Shown piece by piece: positions 13,346-52,148 of a stretch of DNA of 64,000 bases (its first letter is position 1; the number at the start of each line of letters is the position of its first letter). This DNA is from Chrysomallon squamiferum (lineage: Eukaryota > Animalia > Mollusca). The translations under genes were made by a program, and so were the position numbers. The stretch lies in assembly GCA_012295275.1 (NCBI GenBank), contig CM022669.1, positions 5,642,001-5,706,000 of the forward strand, written 5' to 3'. The notes beneath the pieces were generated by a model that saw nothing but the letters and a program-made list of their open reading frames with translations, had not been told where the DNA came from and searched no databases.

Positions 13346-15849
13346 TTTTTATTTATCTTTATTTAATTGTGAAGACATGTTCTAGCTTTTCATTTTATAA
13401 CTATTATCTTATTACAAATCTCATGTTTATTATAATCAATATTTATTTTATTAAAATGTTCATTTATATATATATATATATTTATCATTTTGTCAGATAA
13501 CTCATCTTTTCTTACAGTATGTTTTTTCTTCTTTTTTTCAACGTCTGATATTCATTTTGTTATAATTTATTTTTGTAAAAGCAACTGGCTAGATGCGTAT
13601 TTAATACTTGATGATTTTTGTTGACTCTCTCAGAACATATCTTTTATGTTGTGTTTATATGCAAATATTAATTGATGAATGTAAAAATAATTTTTAGAAA
13701 AAATACTTTAAAAGATGGGAAGGATAAATTTAAAGACAGTATTATAAAACTGATACGTATCAAAAACAAATTGTTTATATTCTGTAAAATAATGGAGTAT
13801 AGGTTTCAAAACTGACTTCTTGTTTCTTGATTAATCATTCTCCTGTTTACTGTTTTTAGTGTTTGTATGTGACTACATGTATATGCTATGTGTAATAATG
13901 TGTCTTCGAATAAAGTGAATGTCTGTGTTTGGGAAAAATAATCACTTGATTTTAAAAGATCCAATCTTAAATATTTTTCAGTTATTAAAATTATATTTTT
14001 AATTGTTATTTATTTTATCTGTGATCACTAATCATTAAAGTTCAACATTAATACCTCTAAATAATTTCAAATAAACATTTAGATGTCTGTTTCAATACTT
14101 TCAAATATTTCAAAACAACTGGTTTTTACAAAGAGTGGAGGAAAAGATTTTTAACATTTATTTTACTGTGTGTATCATATAAAAATATATATTTAAAAAA
14201 TGAATACTGTTTAATATTTTAGTTTTATGGGATTAAAACTTATATTTATCCAATGACTTCTGGTTTGTGATTAGTGTTTCTGCATCAATGCCAAAATTAT
14301 GTATGTGTTGTACTGACAGAAATTAGTTTTAAATTAAAGAGAGGTTTATAAACAAATGGCTCTGTAGTTGTTAAAAAGTTATTCTAATATATGTACGTGA
14401 TATAAATCTAGTTAAGGACGAGGCTTATAAAATGGCAAGAGTTTGCAAACGTTGGAAGCTTTATTTTGAAATATTTGCAGTTTTTATAATTATAGATACT
14501 CAAATCTGACAGTTACAAAAATAATTCTCTAAAGCTTGGTGATTTACAAGCCCTGAATCTTGTGATGTGTGTCCGACTACTAATAAATTCTAGAAACTAA
14601 TTCTGTGAACAAGCTCAATATATTACTGTATTAATTTATTTGTATGCTCACAATAACATGTTGAATATACAATATTTGTCAAAATGAAAGGCTGCAGAAT
14701 GCCCTAAGATGACTAAAAGTACAGACACTGTAGTTTCAGTTTTGATCACATTTGAAAAGTTCAACCTGTGTCATGAATAATTTGTCAATATCTTTCAAAT
14801 GACTTATTTTAGTCTAACATTTAAATTTTTTTTTTAAAAGTAGGAGGTAAAAATGTGAGCCAGTGGACCTTATGTCTGGTACGCAGCAACCATGTATTAA
14901 TTGGCATCTTAAGTTAGAAAAAAGTTTCAGCAAGAATTAATTAGAATTTAACATTTATTTATTGTTGTTTGTAGTTTAAAGAGTAGCATATCTGCCATTG
15001 TTGCAGTCAATGAAAGAGACTTTTTTTTCATTTGTTTCTTTTTTTTAATAGTTTAACATATGTCTGAACTTCAGATCCATTTTATTATAGATCATATTGC
15101 ATTTTAAGGTAGTTAAATAACACTGGGGTGGCCATTTAAAAAACAAAACAGCAACTAATATGGGTGAAACACTTTCATGTAGCATAGCACAGCACAACTT
15201 TATTTATGTAAGTTGATTTTTCACTCTATTAAATAACCACTAGTAATAAGTTAAAATATTGTGATTTGTGTGTGTGTGTGCGTACACACACACATGAACA
15301 TATATATATTACTACAAGCATTTGATGTTTATTTATAATCCTGTGCAATGCATAAACTGATAAAGTCAGCTAATCCTTGGAGTCTACTCCAAAATGGTGT
15401 TGCAGGTACTAATTAGGGGCAATGAAATGTATATAATCATGAGACTAAAGGCAAAAACAATTTAAGTTTTAAAAGTGATCAATTTAGGGATTTATGATAT
15501 TAAAAAAGCATTTTATCAGTATCTCTGGTACTTGGTCTCAAAGACTACATTGTACTGTCTTGTAGTACTGTTTGTTATGTTTACAATTCTCCAGTCGTCA
15601 TTTATTGCAAGAATTTTGAAAGTAAAACAATTGTCTGTCTTAGAATGGAAGAGATAGTAACTGGCAAAACACAAAGTTAATTTGTTTATTTCTGAATGTA
15701 TTCATATTATAGCAGAAGTCAGAACATAGACAAAAGTCATGCATCCTACAAATTATTAAAAATATATAAATATAATTATTTTAAATAACACCAATTCTAT
15801 TTAATTGCACATAAAATCTAAGACAATCTGGCCTGGTAGGAATCATCAA

Positions 15850-18170
15850 GAACATTTTACTTAAAGACTTACCTGGATAATACTGATAAATGTTCTATCA
15901 TCAGCTGTCAGTGTTTAACATTCTGACAAACCATAGTTTTGCAAGAAAAGATATAATACATCCAGACTCGAAATAAATTATTGGCAAGAATTAATATCCA
16001 GATTTTGCCTGGATTATTTTGATGCCCTACTGATGACTTATATATCTATTTAGATTTAGTACAAGTGAACCATCTGCATGTCTACTTACTTCTGAGTCAC
16101 ATGATATGTTTGCTCCAGCTAAAATTTCCTGTAGCAGCAGGAAAAAATATGGCAAAGACAGAAAAACTCCTCCCCATTTCTAAAACTAGGAGAAAGATTT
16201 TCTAGGAACACATCAGCTGAAACCATCAATAAATAAATATCGAAATAATATCAAGATGGAACATATTATACTACATAAATAAACTGAATTTTTTTTATAT
16301 ATATATATATGTATGTATACATACACACATACACATAACAATACTAAAATATCATAGTTTTCACTGCTGATGAAAAATGTATTACATCTCATGAACAATA
16401 TATTCACTGTGAAAAATAAAGATGCCATCTATAGATATGCTGGTTAATCTATGCACATTGTTCCATATGAATAGAGTAACTATTAATTTCTTACTTTGAC
16501 ATTAAATTATTCTGCAGTGGTTTCATAAAAAAATATATATATATTTACGTTATATATTATAATTTCATTGGAATGAAGTAAAATGCTCAAATCATGACCA
16601 TACCCACTCATAAACAAAGGCAAAACAAAATTCCTAATGTATTTAATAAACTGCAAGGTGATATCTCTATGTGACAGGGTTTAATGGTTAGCAAAAAACT
16701 TATAAGTTAGATAAACCAAACTAAATGTGATACCAAGTACTTGAAAAAATGAATGCTTACAAGCCAAAATCTCTTGCTTTTTTCTGAGATACACTTATCT
16801 GAAACTTGTGGCAAATCCTAGTATAAGTGATTAAAACAGCTGAAATGAACAATTTATAACTGCTGGACGTTTAAAAAAAAAAAAAAAAAAAAAATAACTA
16901 AAAAGAATGCTTCAGCATCATTATGCTTGAAGTAAAGTTAATATAAGTTGTTTCAATAGCATAATGTATTTGTATTAGTTCTCAAACCGATAATAAGCAT
17001 AATTCACCAATCTTCTAATTATATATAAACCTAATTGATCAAATTATTTCTTTAAGGTATGTTCACAAAGTATCAATATGTGAAGTATTCTTAAAATTCT
17101 AAGTAATTCTAATAAAGAACACTGCTCAGAAATATGTAAAAAGCACAATTTATTTATCAGTGCATCTTACCTCTGAAGCCAACAAAGCCCTTAACTCTTT
17201 TTTCTTCAGGGGGTGGAATGAAGGACCCAATAACAAAGTTGACTACACCAATTAGCAACACTCCTAACAAAATAAGCTGCGCCTGAAATAATCAACAAGA
17301 GACTGTTTTCATTTTATCCAATACTACATTCTGCACAATTCATATTTCATTTAATACTGGGGGAAAAAAAGAAAAATAGAAGGGGAAAAAAAAAAGATAT
17401 TTAATAAAAAAAAATCTTTTTCAAATTCCTTCTTATTTTTGATTCATCACCTGTTTAAAAGCAGAGTTCTTATCAAAGTTTATGTGTAGAAAACACAAAG
17501 AAGAATATTCAGATGAGATGCTAAGAAGAATATTTAAGATCTTATATATAAAAATATATTAATTTAGAGGCTTTTGACTGAATTCTAAAGCATGTTATGT
17601 ATTCTTTATCAACAATACATTAACACTGTTAATGGAAAGTTGTAACATTTTATATATTATATCATTCTTTACCAATACTGTAATAGTAAATGTATGCAAA
17701 ATATTATCCAACCTTTCAAGAAACTGAAAAGATCACAATGAAATGTATAACAATAGTGTTCACAAACGTGAGATTAGACAAATTCTTACATCAGTGATCA
17801 TAAAAATGAGATTGCATTAAAGTGTTATTTCAGTGTTTGTCACATTAAAAACATACTATAGTGTTCACGAAGGTGAAATTATATTTCAACATTATTCAAG
17901 TGTTCATCGATTTTAAAAGCCGATTAAAAAAGGTTACTGACTTGCTCTGGTGTTAATGACTGTTAAGCATTACTCTGATGTTCATTAAAGACACATCATA
18001 TAAAAACGTTACTTTGTGTCGGTGTCCATGAGTGTTTTGATGAAAGTTAGATTACAGTAAAGCATGTCCCTCATGGTCATAGCTCATTAAAACATGATAC
18101 TCTGGATATCACTAAGATACATCATATAAAACCATGTTAAAGTGGGAGTTAACATTACAAGTATGTATTG
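15850..18170 (-). pseudogene. Duplicated NKCC fragment: copy of exon 6 (17282-17171) and frameshifted exon 7 (16216-16090) with flanking introns
   Basis: Aligns with 25230-27570. The exon 6 copy appears identical to 26680-26569. The exon 7 copy has a 2-nt deletion and a 1-nt insertion. Confidence 0.9.
17745..18170. repeat. Degenerate ~39-bp minisatellite (AGTGTTCA...), duplicated at ~27135-27570
   Basis: Recurring AGTG(T/A)TCA-like anchors at ~28-40 bp spacing. Confidence 0.55.
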
Positions 18171-18686
18171 TTAAAAAAGTCATAAAAGACAAAGGAATAA
18201 AACATAAATGATAATAATTTAAAAATTTAAAAATCTAAGGGGGTCCATGTTTATCTTTGCCATCATCATAATCATCATCATTATTATCAAATAATCATGA
18301 TATATAATTTGATTTTTTTTTCATTTCCTTTAAGCAATGACAGAAGAAATTGAAAATAAAAATTTACAAAATAAACATATAATTTGAAATTTTTATGCCC
18401 ATAAAAAGGTACATAAATATATTTAACATCAGAAGGGTTGTCTGAAAGTGGTCTGAGTTTGTTTTTGTCTTTTTTGTGTTTTAATTGTTATTGTTTTGTT
18501 ATCCATTTAAGTTCAAGAACACTTAAATTAGTTAAAACTATTAAAAATAAAATAAAAAACCAGTAATATTTGTATTCTTCTCAAAAAGTATAACAAAACA
18601 ATAAACAGCAGATAAAAAGAAAAGTTGAAATGAAAAATGTGACACACTAGACTGACACCAGTTGTCTCCCCCCAGCCCTCGCTTAC

Positions 18687-36525
<17,839 letters not shown>

Positions 36526-37935
36526 TTTTGAACGGGAGGTGTTGAGGAATAAAATAATCTTCGCGATATAATTATTCATTGCGCATGCGTTTTTTAACAG
36601 GAACTACCAGTTTTATGAAATCATGTTTACTAGCAATCAGTGGCCGGTGCTTTTCGGAAGCGGCTCATTAGCAGTAGAAAACGTATACATTTATTTAATA
36701 ATTTCTTTTTTGTTGACTTTTTGTTGGTTTTATTATTTATTTATTTATTTATTTATTTTAATATATATATATAAAATCATCACGTAGCCTGAATCAACAT
36801 TTAAAGTTGCTAACAGAGTAGCAATTTACAGGTTGCCATGAAACAACAGAACCGTGGATATTAAACTGATGTCATGTCTTTTCGTAATATTTTATTAGTG
36901 ATAAAAGTAATCGAACGTGATAAGATTTTAGACTTTAACATTTTATCTAAATTTGGATAATTATATACACCAATACCTTCTTTTGAGGATTTACTTACAT
37001 TAGCTGAAGACCTGACAGCATAAAAATGGGAATCTTTAATAAATAGGATGAACAAATCTGAAACCTGAAATCTAATATTGAAATAAACTATTTTTAAAAA
37101 CTGATTTTGTCTATATTATTTTGTCATTCTGCGGCTAACTGTTCTAAAAACTACACAAGGGAGATACATGCGTTATTTATAACAATTATATACAGTGCCA
37201 TACAGACGAATGTACTAATTTAGGTTTAAATTATGAATTAGCTAAAGGTAATAATATCGAGTATCGAGATCAGTTGCACGTACCAGGATCTTCTTTTTTT
37301 TTTTTTTTTTTTTTAAACCTCCCGACCAAAGCAGCTTTGCTTCCTAGCATCCCTTTTTGATACTCAATATTGAAGTAAGAATTATGAGAGAGTGAGATAT
37401 CGGGGTGCACACACACATTTTCACACAAAACACGTTTGATATCTTGGCCCTCCTCCAAAAACTGCATAGCTGTCTGGCCCCCTCTCTCCAAAAGGTTTCC
37501 GACCCCTATTGTAGCCTTTCTAATGATTATAATTAAAAAGTCATCTTACCCTTGAAACCACACATACGAACTCTCTCTCAGAGACACACTGACAACGTAA
37601 GTTTGACACACGAGTTCAGGCTGGCTTTAACAGCTGTTTACGAAGACATATGCTACGTATTCTTTCTGAATTTTTTTCTTTTCCGTTTTCTTTTGTTTCA
37701 GCATAAATAATACGCCTACACAATTATTCTGTACTTCTATTACTACAATACCGCTTTTTTTTCTTTTCTTTTTTTTTCGGACCTTTTCTTTTCTTTTTTT
37801 CTTTTTGTTCCGCAAAAAATAATATTATGATTACCACTGTATTGTTAGAGTGAGAGAAAGCAACTATATGGGCGGCTAAATAATAAATATTAGTTTTGGA
37901 ATCGCTTTACATGTTTCCTTCAGGCTAGAGTACAC

Positions 37936-37992
<57 letters not shown>

Positions 37993-38022
37993 TTCTGTTA
38001 TTTTTATTGCTATTATTGTCAC

Positions 38023-38066
<44 letters not shown>

Positions 38067-38547
38067 GTATTATCATTTCATATAACTGTTGTTGTTAATA
38101 ATGATTATTGTTGTTGTTCTCGTCTTCATTATTATTATTTTCTTTTCTTTGTTTTCCTTTTTTAGAGTACGGATAATGTTTGTATGCTGCCTGACAAAAT
38201 AATTTGCTACTGTTATTTAAGTAAATGTTTGTTATACATTGTTGTTAATGATTATATAAATTATTTGTTGTATTTTAGTACCTACTTTTATTGATAATAT
38301 TTTATTTACATAATTTACTTACGCGCGTTTAACAATACATTGTGCATACACAGTTCATACTTGTAACAGTGTTTAAAGCCAACATATCTCAGCTCGTTTT
38401 ATCTTTTCCTCAAGAACTCTTCATTCATGTATAATCATGTGACTAAACATTTCTTTGACAGGTCAACCAGGTGTCAAAAATAGGCTATTATGGAGTCTTC
38501 CATGAATTTCCTTTCGACGATATAAACAGAAGCCCGCACAACTGTTT

Positions 38548-38599
<52 letters not shown>

Positions 38600-38649
38600 C
38601 TACTTTAGACTGTAAACAATAATATATCACGATTCTCTTCACACTAGAG

Positions 38650-38944
38650 CAACGGTTGCCAACCAGACGTCCACTCAGGGAGTAATGGTGGTTAGCGAGC
38701 TACATTCAAAATGTCACAAGGCTGAGATGTGTAATAATAATAATGTATATAAACACTCAGTATAGGCTTATAAAATTAAATTAAAAGTTTCATACATCTT
38801 TAAATGCCTTTTCAGTTTTAATCACACTCGAAGATGAAACTTAGAAAATGAGTTTGATGTTATTTCGTAAGATCACAAAAAGCTTGGCGTCCGTGTGAAA
38901 ATTCATTTAAGTAAACAAGTAGAAAAAACGTTTGGGATCCACTG
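38650..38944. mobile_element. hAT/Charlie-like MITE, ~295 bp, most complete copy
   Basis: Ends CAACGGTTGCCAAC ... GTTTGGGATCCACTG. The 8-bp flanks CACTAGAG (38642-38649) and GGCTAGAG (38945-38952) fit an hAT TSD with a CTAG core. Confidence 0.65.
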
Positions 38945-39333
38945 GGCTAGAGTGTAGAGGTGATCATTTTTTCCAGTAAACGTATAACACTAAGTTGTTG
39001 TTTATTTATTATTATTTTTTATTAACGAAAGCATTACTATACATTTATTAAATCGTACACTTACAGCATAAAATATTAACAGTTATTACAATACTATAAA
39101 CATAAATAAACTGAAGATTAAACATTTATTTAATCAAACAAAATCAAAATGGTAGCAAGCTTTCAAATGTCTATCTATAAAAATGAATATATATGTCAAC
39201 GGACAGAGTAAGTTATAACAACAGTTTAATATATATTGTTATTTTGCTGATGTTTTCTTTGAATGTTAGTGAGAGTCTTTAGTATTTGTGACGAGCTTTA
39301 TCTTTGTTCATTTGTTTGTTAGCTGAGTCCCGC

Positions 39334-40302
39334 TTAGTTCCCTAATCCTGCCTTTCGTATCATTTCTTGTATTTCTGGTGTTTGAAATCTTTGTACCAAG
39401 TTTCCTATGCACCTTTGACTTAGTTCTCTTTGTCCGTTTTCTAGGAATGTGAGTGGGCTTATTCCTGCCTCTCTGTACAGCTGTTGTTGTATGGTATGTC
39501 GATACATCGTTTGTGCAAAACCCAAAGAAAATCCAGTTTCAACATCAAAAAGACATGTACCGATTTTAATTACTCCTAGTCCAATTTTTACATTCCTTTT
39601 CCAGTTCTCGAATTCCCTTTTTATCTGTTCCTCTCTCTCTTCTTTCTCTTTTTGTCGCCTCTGCTCTTCCTCTGCTTTTTGTAGCATTTCTGGTTTGTAT
39701 TATGCTACTCTATGCTTAGATAGATTGTTATCAACTGCTTTCAAGATTTCCTCAACCTGCTCTGTTTTTTTCTTTGAATCTACTTCCCAATTATTTATTC
39801 CAAAACATCTGCCTTCAGTCGTTCTGAGAAAATCTTTCAGATCATTAGGAGCTTCCTCAACGAACTGTGTTAGGTTGCGTCCTTCTCGTTCCAGATTATC
39901 CATGCGAGTAAACAACACAAACAAGTACTTCAGCATTCCTTCACCAAATGTCGCTTTGAAATATTGAATTGTTTGGATGTCTTTTTCGGTAAATCGTTGT
40001 CCGATACTCAAGACAAGGATAAAGGCGTGTGGACCTGGAAGACACATTTTAACACATCTTTTTTATTTCCTTACTAACCTCATCTTGTGACAGGTCAGTG
40101 TCCAGAAATCCGGGTGTGTCAATGATTTCTAATTCGTAACCAGGCCGATTTGAAGTTTCCTTTTTACTCGTTCTTGTAACCGACGACAGGCTCGCTTTAG
40201 AATGGAATGCAGTTTTTCCGAGGATAGAGTTAGCTGATGCACTTTTACCTGCGCCCGTGCTTCCAATCATAACTAGTCTGAATTTCTTGACATTTGGGGC
40301 AG
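39334..40302 (-). pseudogene. GIMAP/AIG1-family GTPase copy B (frameshift in run 40059-40064, premature TAA 39700-39702)
   Basis: Acceptor at 40304-40303. Motifs GSTGAGKSASANSILG, IIDTPGFLDT, CLPGPHAFILVLSIGQRFTEKD, FGEGMLKYLFVLFTRMD, CFGINN, then coiled coil and tail to TAA at 39334. It spans three ORF-track fragments. Confidence 0.9.
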
Positions 40303-40637
40303 CTGAAAATAATGTTGAAGATACATTATTATAAAAATTATCTTCCACATAATTAAATCAAACATTTTTTTTTAGTGGGTCAAGAAAAATTGTTATATGG
40401 GAAAGTCTTAGGTTTGGGTTTGTTTGGGTTTGTATTTGTTTTTTTTTTCATTAAAATATTATTTTCACGCACTTGTTGAACTTACTATTATTATCATTTT
40501 CAGATGGGGCCACGGTGTGACCTGTTAGATACTGGGAAATTCATTTCAAACCAACCTCATGGATATATTTCCGTAATTCGTTTATTTCTAAATATTTATA
40601 TAATAAAGAAGAAATAATATGTCGGATCTCTCTCTCG

Positions 40638-40674
<37 letters not shown>

Positions 40675-41383
40675 CGCTCTACAAGATTATTTCATGCCTA
40701 ATCTTATGCCACATATAATTTTCAGAATGCCGCTTTCAGTTTTAGCAGTTTAATCGATTTTCACTTGCTTTCAGTAAGAACAGTTAATGACAGGCCAATG
40801 ATAATTACACAGTTGATCTACATTGACGAAATATGATAATCTTGTTGTTAATTAAAATACTCCCCACCCCACCCCACCCCGAAAAAACATGAATGATAAT
40901 AAGTTTAATAATATAATCATCTTAAACAGCAAGTAGCAGATAAAATGTACGGCGAGATGAGATTAGTCCTGTTTGTATACCAGCATGTTTTTGTTTATTT
41001 TGTTTATTTTATATTTTATTAATGTGTCGAACAGCATTACAGTGCACTTATTAAATCACATATTTACAGCATAAAATAATAATAATTATTAGAATGCTAT
41101 ATACATAAATAAACTGAATATTAACATTTATTTTATCAAAAAAAAAAAAAGTGTAGCAAGCTTTCAAATGTTATTATCTACAAAAAATGAATATCTGCTT
41201 CAACGAACAAAGAAAATTATTACTATGTATTAACAGGAATTATGAGCAAGTTGATATACTCATTTAATATTATAATTTATGCAATAAGGATTCTTTAACG
41301 GTAGCTTTGCTACTGGACGAAAAGCTTAATTTGTGAATGTTCAGTCATTATTATAGTTCATTATATTAAATAGGAACTGACAA

Positions 41384-41434
<51 letters not shown>

Positions 41435-42851
41435 TTCGGAACTTTGAATAAATAAGAAAACAAAATATTTAAAAAAATAACAATCGTTTCTGTTATCAAA
41501 ACAGAATTATGGACGATGAAATCATCAATTTTTTTTATAATCCAGCAGCGGTTATTTCCCTTGTTTATTTAACACTTGTTTAGTAGGTGTCCACCAACAG
41601 CCTAAAAATATTGTCTACATTTGCAAAAAATGGTACTGTTTATTGGGTCATAATTTGTTGAACATTAATAAATACATAAATGTATAAGGTGAAAAAAAAA
41701 AATTATAATAACAACAAAAAAAAAACTTTAGTTCGGTTAACACAATATATTTTCACGTAATTTCCAACATTAAAAATAATTCTTTTACAACGATTGTCCG
41801 GTAAATAATTTATTGCTTTTAAAATTCTCTTACACTTTCATTTCCTCATACATACACGTGCATATACGTGGTAATAAAAAAATGTCTACGTTCATCCTCG
41901 CGTTCTTGTTATTTTATTTATGAAGTTGGAAATGAGCAAAGACAGGTCGCCAAAACCAATGAATTAATATTTAACAACAACTTAGTATATTTTAATGCTA
42001 ATAATTATTAGATATCAAACGTAACGATGACACGTGACAGATAATTCTTACGCTGTCTTAACAAGGACTATTTTTAGATTAGCAGCAAAGAATCTTGGTT
42101 CTGATCGAATAGCGACAACAAGATCCTTTTTATCAACTATTTTCACCATAAAAGAACATCTTCGACATTATAATAATTTTTGATATTGAAATATATGTTG
42201 TTGGTATTTTTATGTTTCTTTTTGTTTTTCTGTGTATGTGTGCGTGCATGTATATGTGTAAATAATAAATTATTGATAAATTCTGGAACTGATAGATTAT
42301 AAAATATTAATTATTGTTTATTAATTGTATTTATTAAGATGCACATTTAGTTTCTATACCTGTCGTATGATATGATAAATATACCAAATTTATTTTCTTC
42401 CTTTTCTTGATTTAAACAAATATATATTTTTAACCCTTTTCGACTTCTTGTGAAATGATGCTTGCAAGAAACATCTTGATTCTCTCTATTAATTATTTCA
42501 ATTTATTTACGTTTGTGATTGTTTTGATATTCGTGAAGAAAATCGTAAATTCGAATAGCCTTTGGAATACACATATATACATATACATGTATATATATAC
42601 ACATATATACATAATACATAATATACGTATATATATATATAAGAAGGGCGGAAAAAAGACTACTGGAAAAAAGAAGTATGGCTTGAGATCCAAAGAAACT
42701 GAATACCAATAATTACAATAATACATAAAATAAGTTTTAAAAATTAGTTAGATTGATGATATGAAATCGAAATTATTCATATTTTTCATTTACAAAAATA
42801 ATAAAATATTTTTAAATTATTGAAATGAAATCTCGGGTTTGCGAGATCTTT

Positions 42852-42878
42852 ATTGGCGGCTGTTTCAAAATGGCTGCC
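42852..42878 (+). promoter_or_regulatory. Putative KIF24 promoter core: inverted CCAAT, GGCGG, CHR-like TTTCAAA, YY1-like AAAATGGCTGCC
   Basis: Local GC-rich patch ~1.2 kb upstream of the ATG exon. Motif match only. Confidence 0.45.
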
Positions 42879-43863
42879 GAAGACAGACAAAATCGTCACT
42901 AATGTCAACAAATGCATAACAACATATATAATATATATTCCAGATAGGAACCGTTGTTTATTGTAAGCTATGAGCACAAATAATTTGCATCCATTCGCTT
43001 TCTAGATATCAATATTTGTAAGCAATAGCTTTAATATCTACTAATGCTTTTATCCAATGGATGTTTTCATTCTTCACAGGTTGAGACACGAATCAGTGTC
43101 TTTGTCAAGTTTATGTCACTGTTAGACTGTTGTACCAATATCCGTTCCAGCATGTATGCACACATATCTGATGAATTTGAACATAGGCTGTTTAATAGAA
43201 GTAACAATTAATTATTTAGTTCGAAGCAAACGGCTAAATGTAAACTGAATTATAATTATTATTAATATTAAATAATTACTAAAAACGGTAAGATATCATT
43301 CTTTATAATAATATAAACATTCTCCTTTCATTGTAGGAAGTACTCCTCATACCTAAAAATAGAAATATAAAATATTTGTGGGTTTATTTGTTTATTTTAA
43401 TAATATTATCTGTAGATATTTTCTTAATTTAATTTAGTCGTGATTATTTAATTATAAAACGTCCAGTATCTCGTAAATATCAGTGGTTAGTATTTTATAT
43501 GCCATTTTGTATTTTTGTGGGCATTGTATATAAACTGGACAAAAAGTAATGAGTAAAAGTAATACTACAACTCTTTATTCAGCAACTGAGTTAATTAATT
43601 CTTAACATTATGTGGTAATTGTTATTCATTTTCTACTTGTAAAAGGATTTCAATTAGTATATATATTTGAAAAAAACTATGAAGAAGATTTTATTCCTTC
43701 TCACACTGTTACACACTTTTGTTTTTGCATTTTTGATTTTTAATTTTTAATTTTTTTTTGGTACCTATACAAATAACTAAAGAAGATGAACATGAAATTC
43801 AATGTCATATTGTGTTAATTATAAATATTCATTATAGGTTACATATTTCAAATAAATATTAGC

Positions 43864-43966
<103 letters not shown>

Positions 43967-44057
43967 TACAACATTATAGAAAAGATTATATTTTTATTTT
44001 TTAATATTTACAGAGCTAGACTGTTTCCATTCAGCTAACAACAAGTAACACTGAAGA

Positions 44058-52148
<8,091 letters not shown>

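Larger units (their letters stand above)
7365..14385 (+). repeat. Segmental duplication of the KIF24 locus (copy of ~40990-46800 joined to ~52234-53260)
   Basis: Line-by-line near identity of 7365-12300 with 40990-45960. Lower identity continues to ~13340 (vs ~46800). Then 13343-14385 aligns with the KIF24 3' region 52236-53260. Confidence 0.95.

Noticed and set aside
7365-14385. Duplication as a simple haplotig overlap at the scaffold gap
   Set aside because: The copy is 15-22 kb from the gap, contiguous with NKCC exons 4-18, and has its own deletions and diverged tracts. Not fully excluded without read depth.
16090-17282. Duplicated NKCC exons 6-7 as mutually exclusive alternative exons
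   Set aside because: They lie downstream of exon 18, are out of phase with it, and the exon 7 copy is frameshifted.
39449-39967. 172-aa plus-strand ORF, and similar ORFs at 4-330, 49525-51104 (-) and 55030-55212 (+)
   Set aside because: Antisense shadows of real coding sequence (GIMAP, KIF24, ASB-like).
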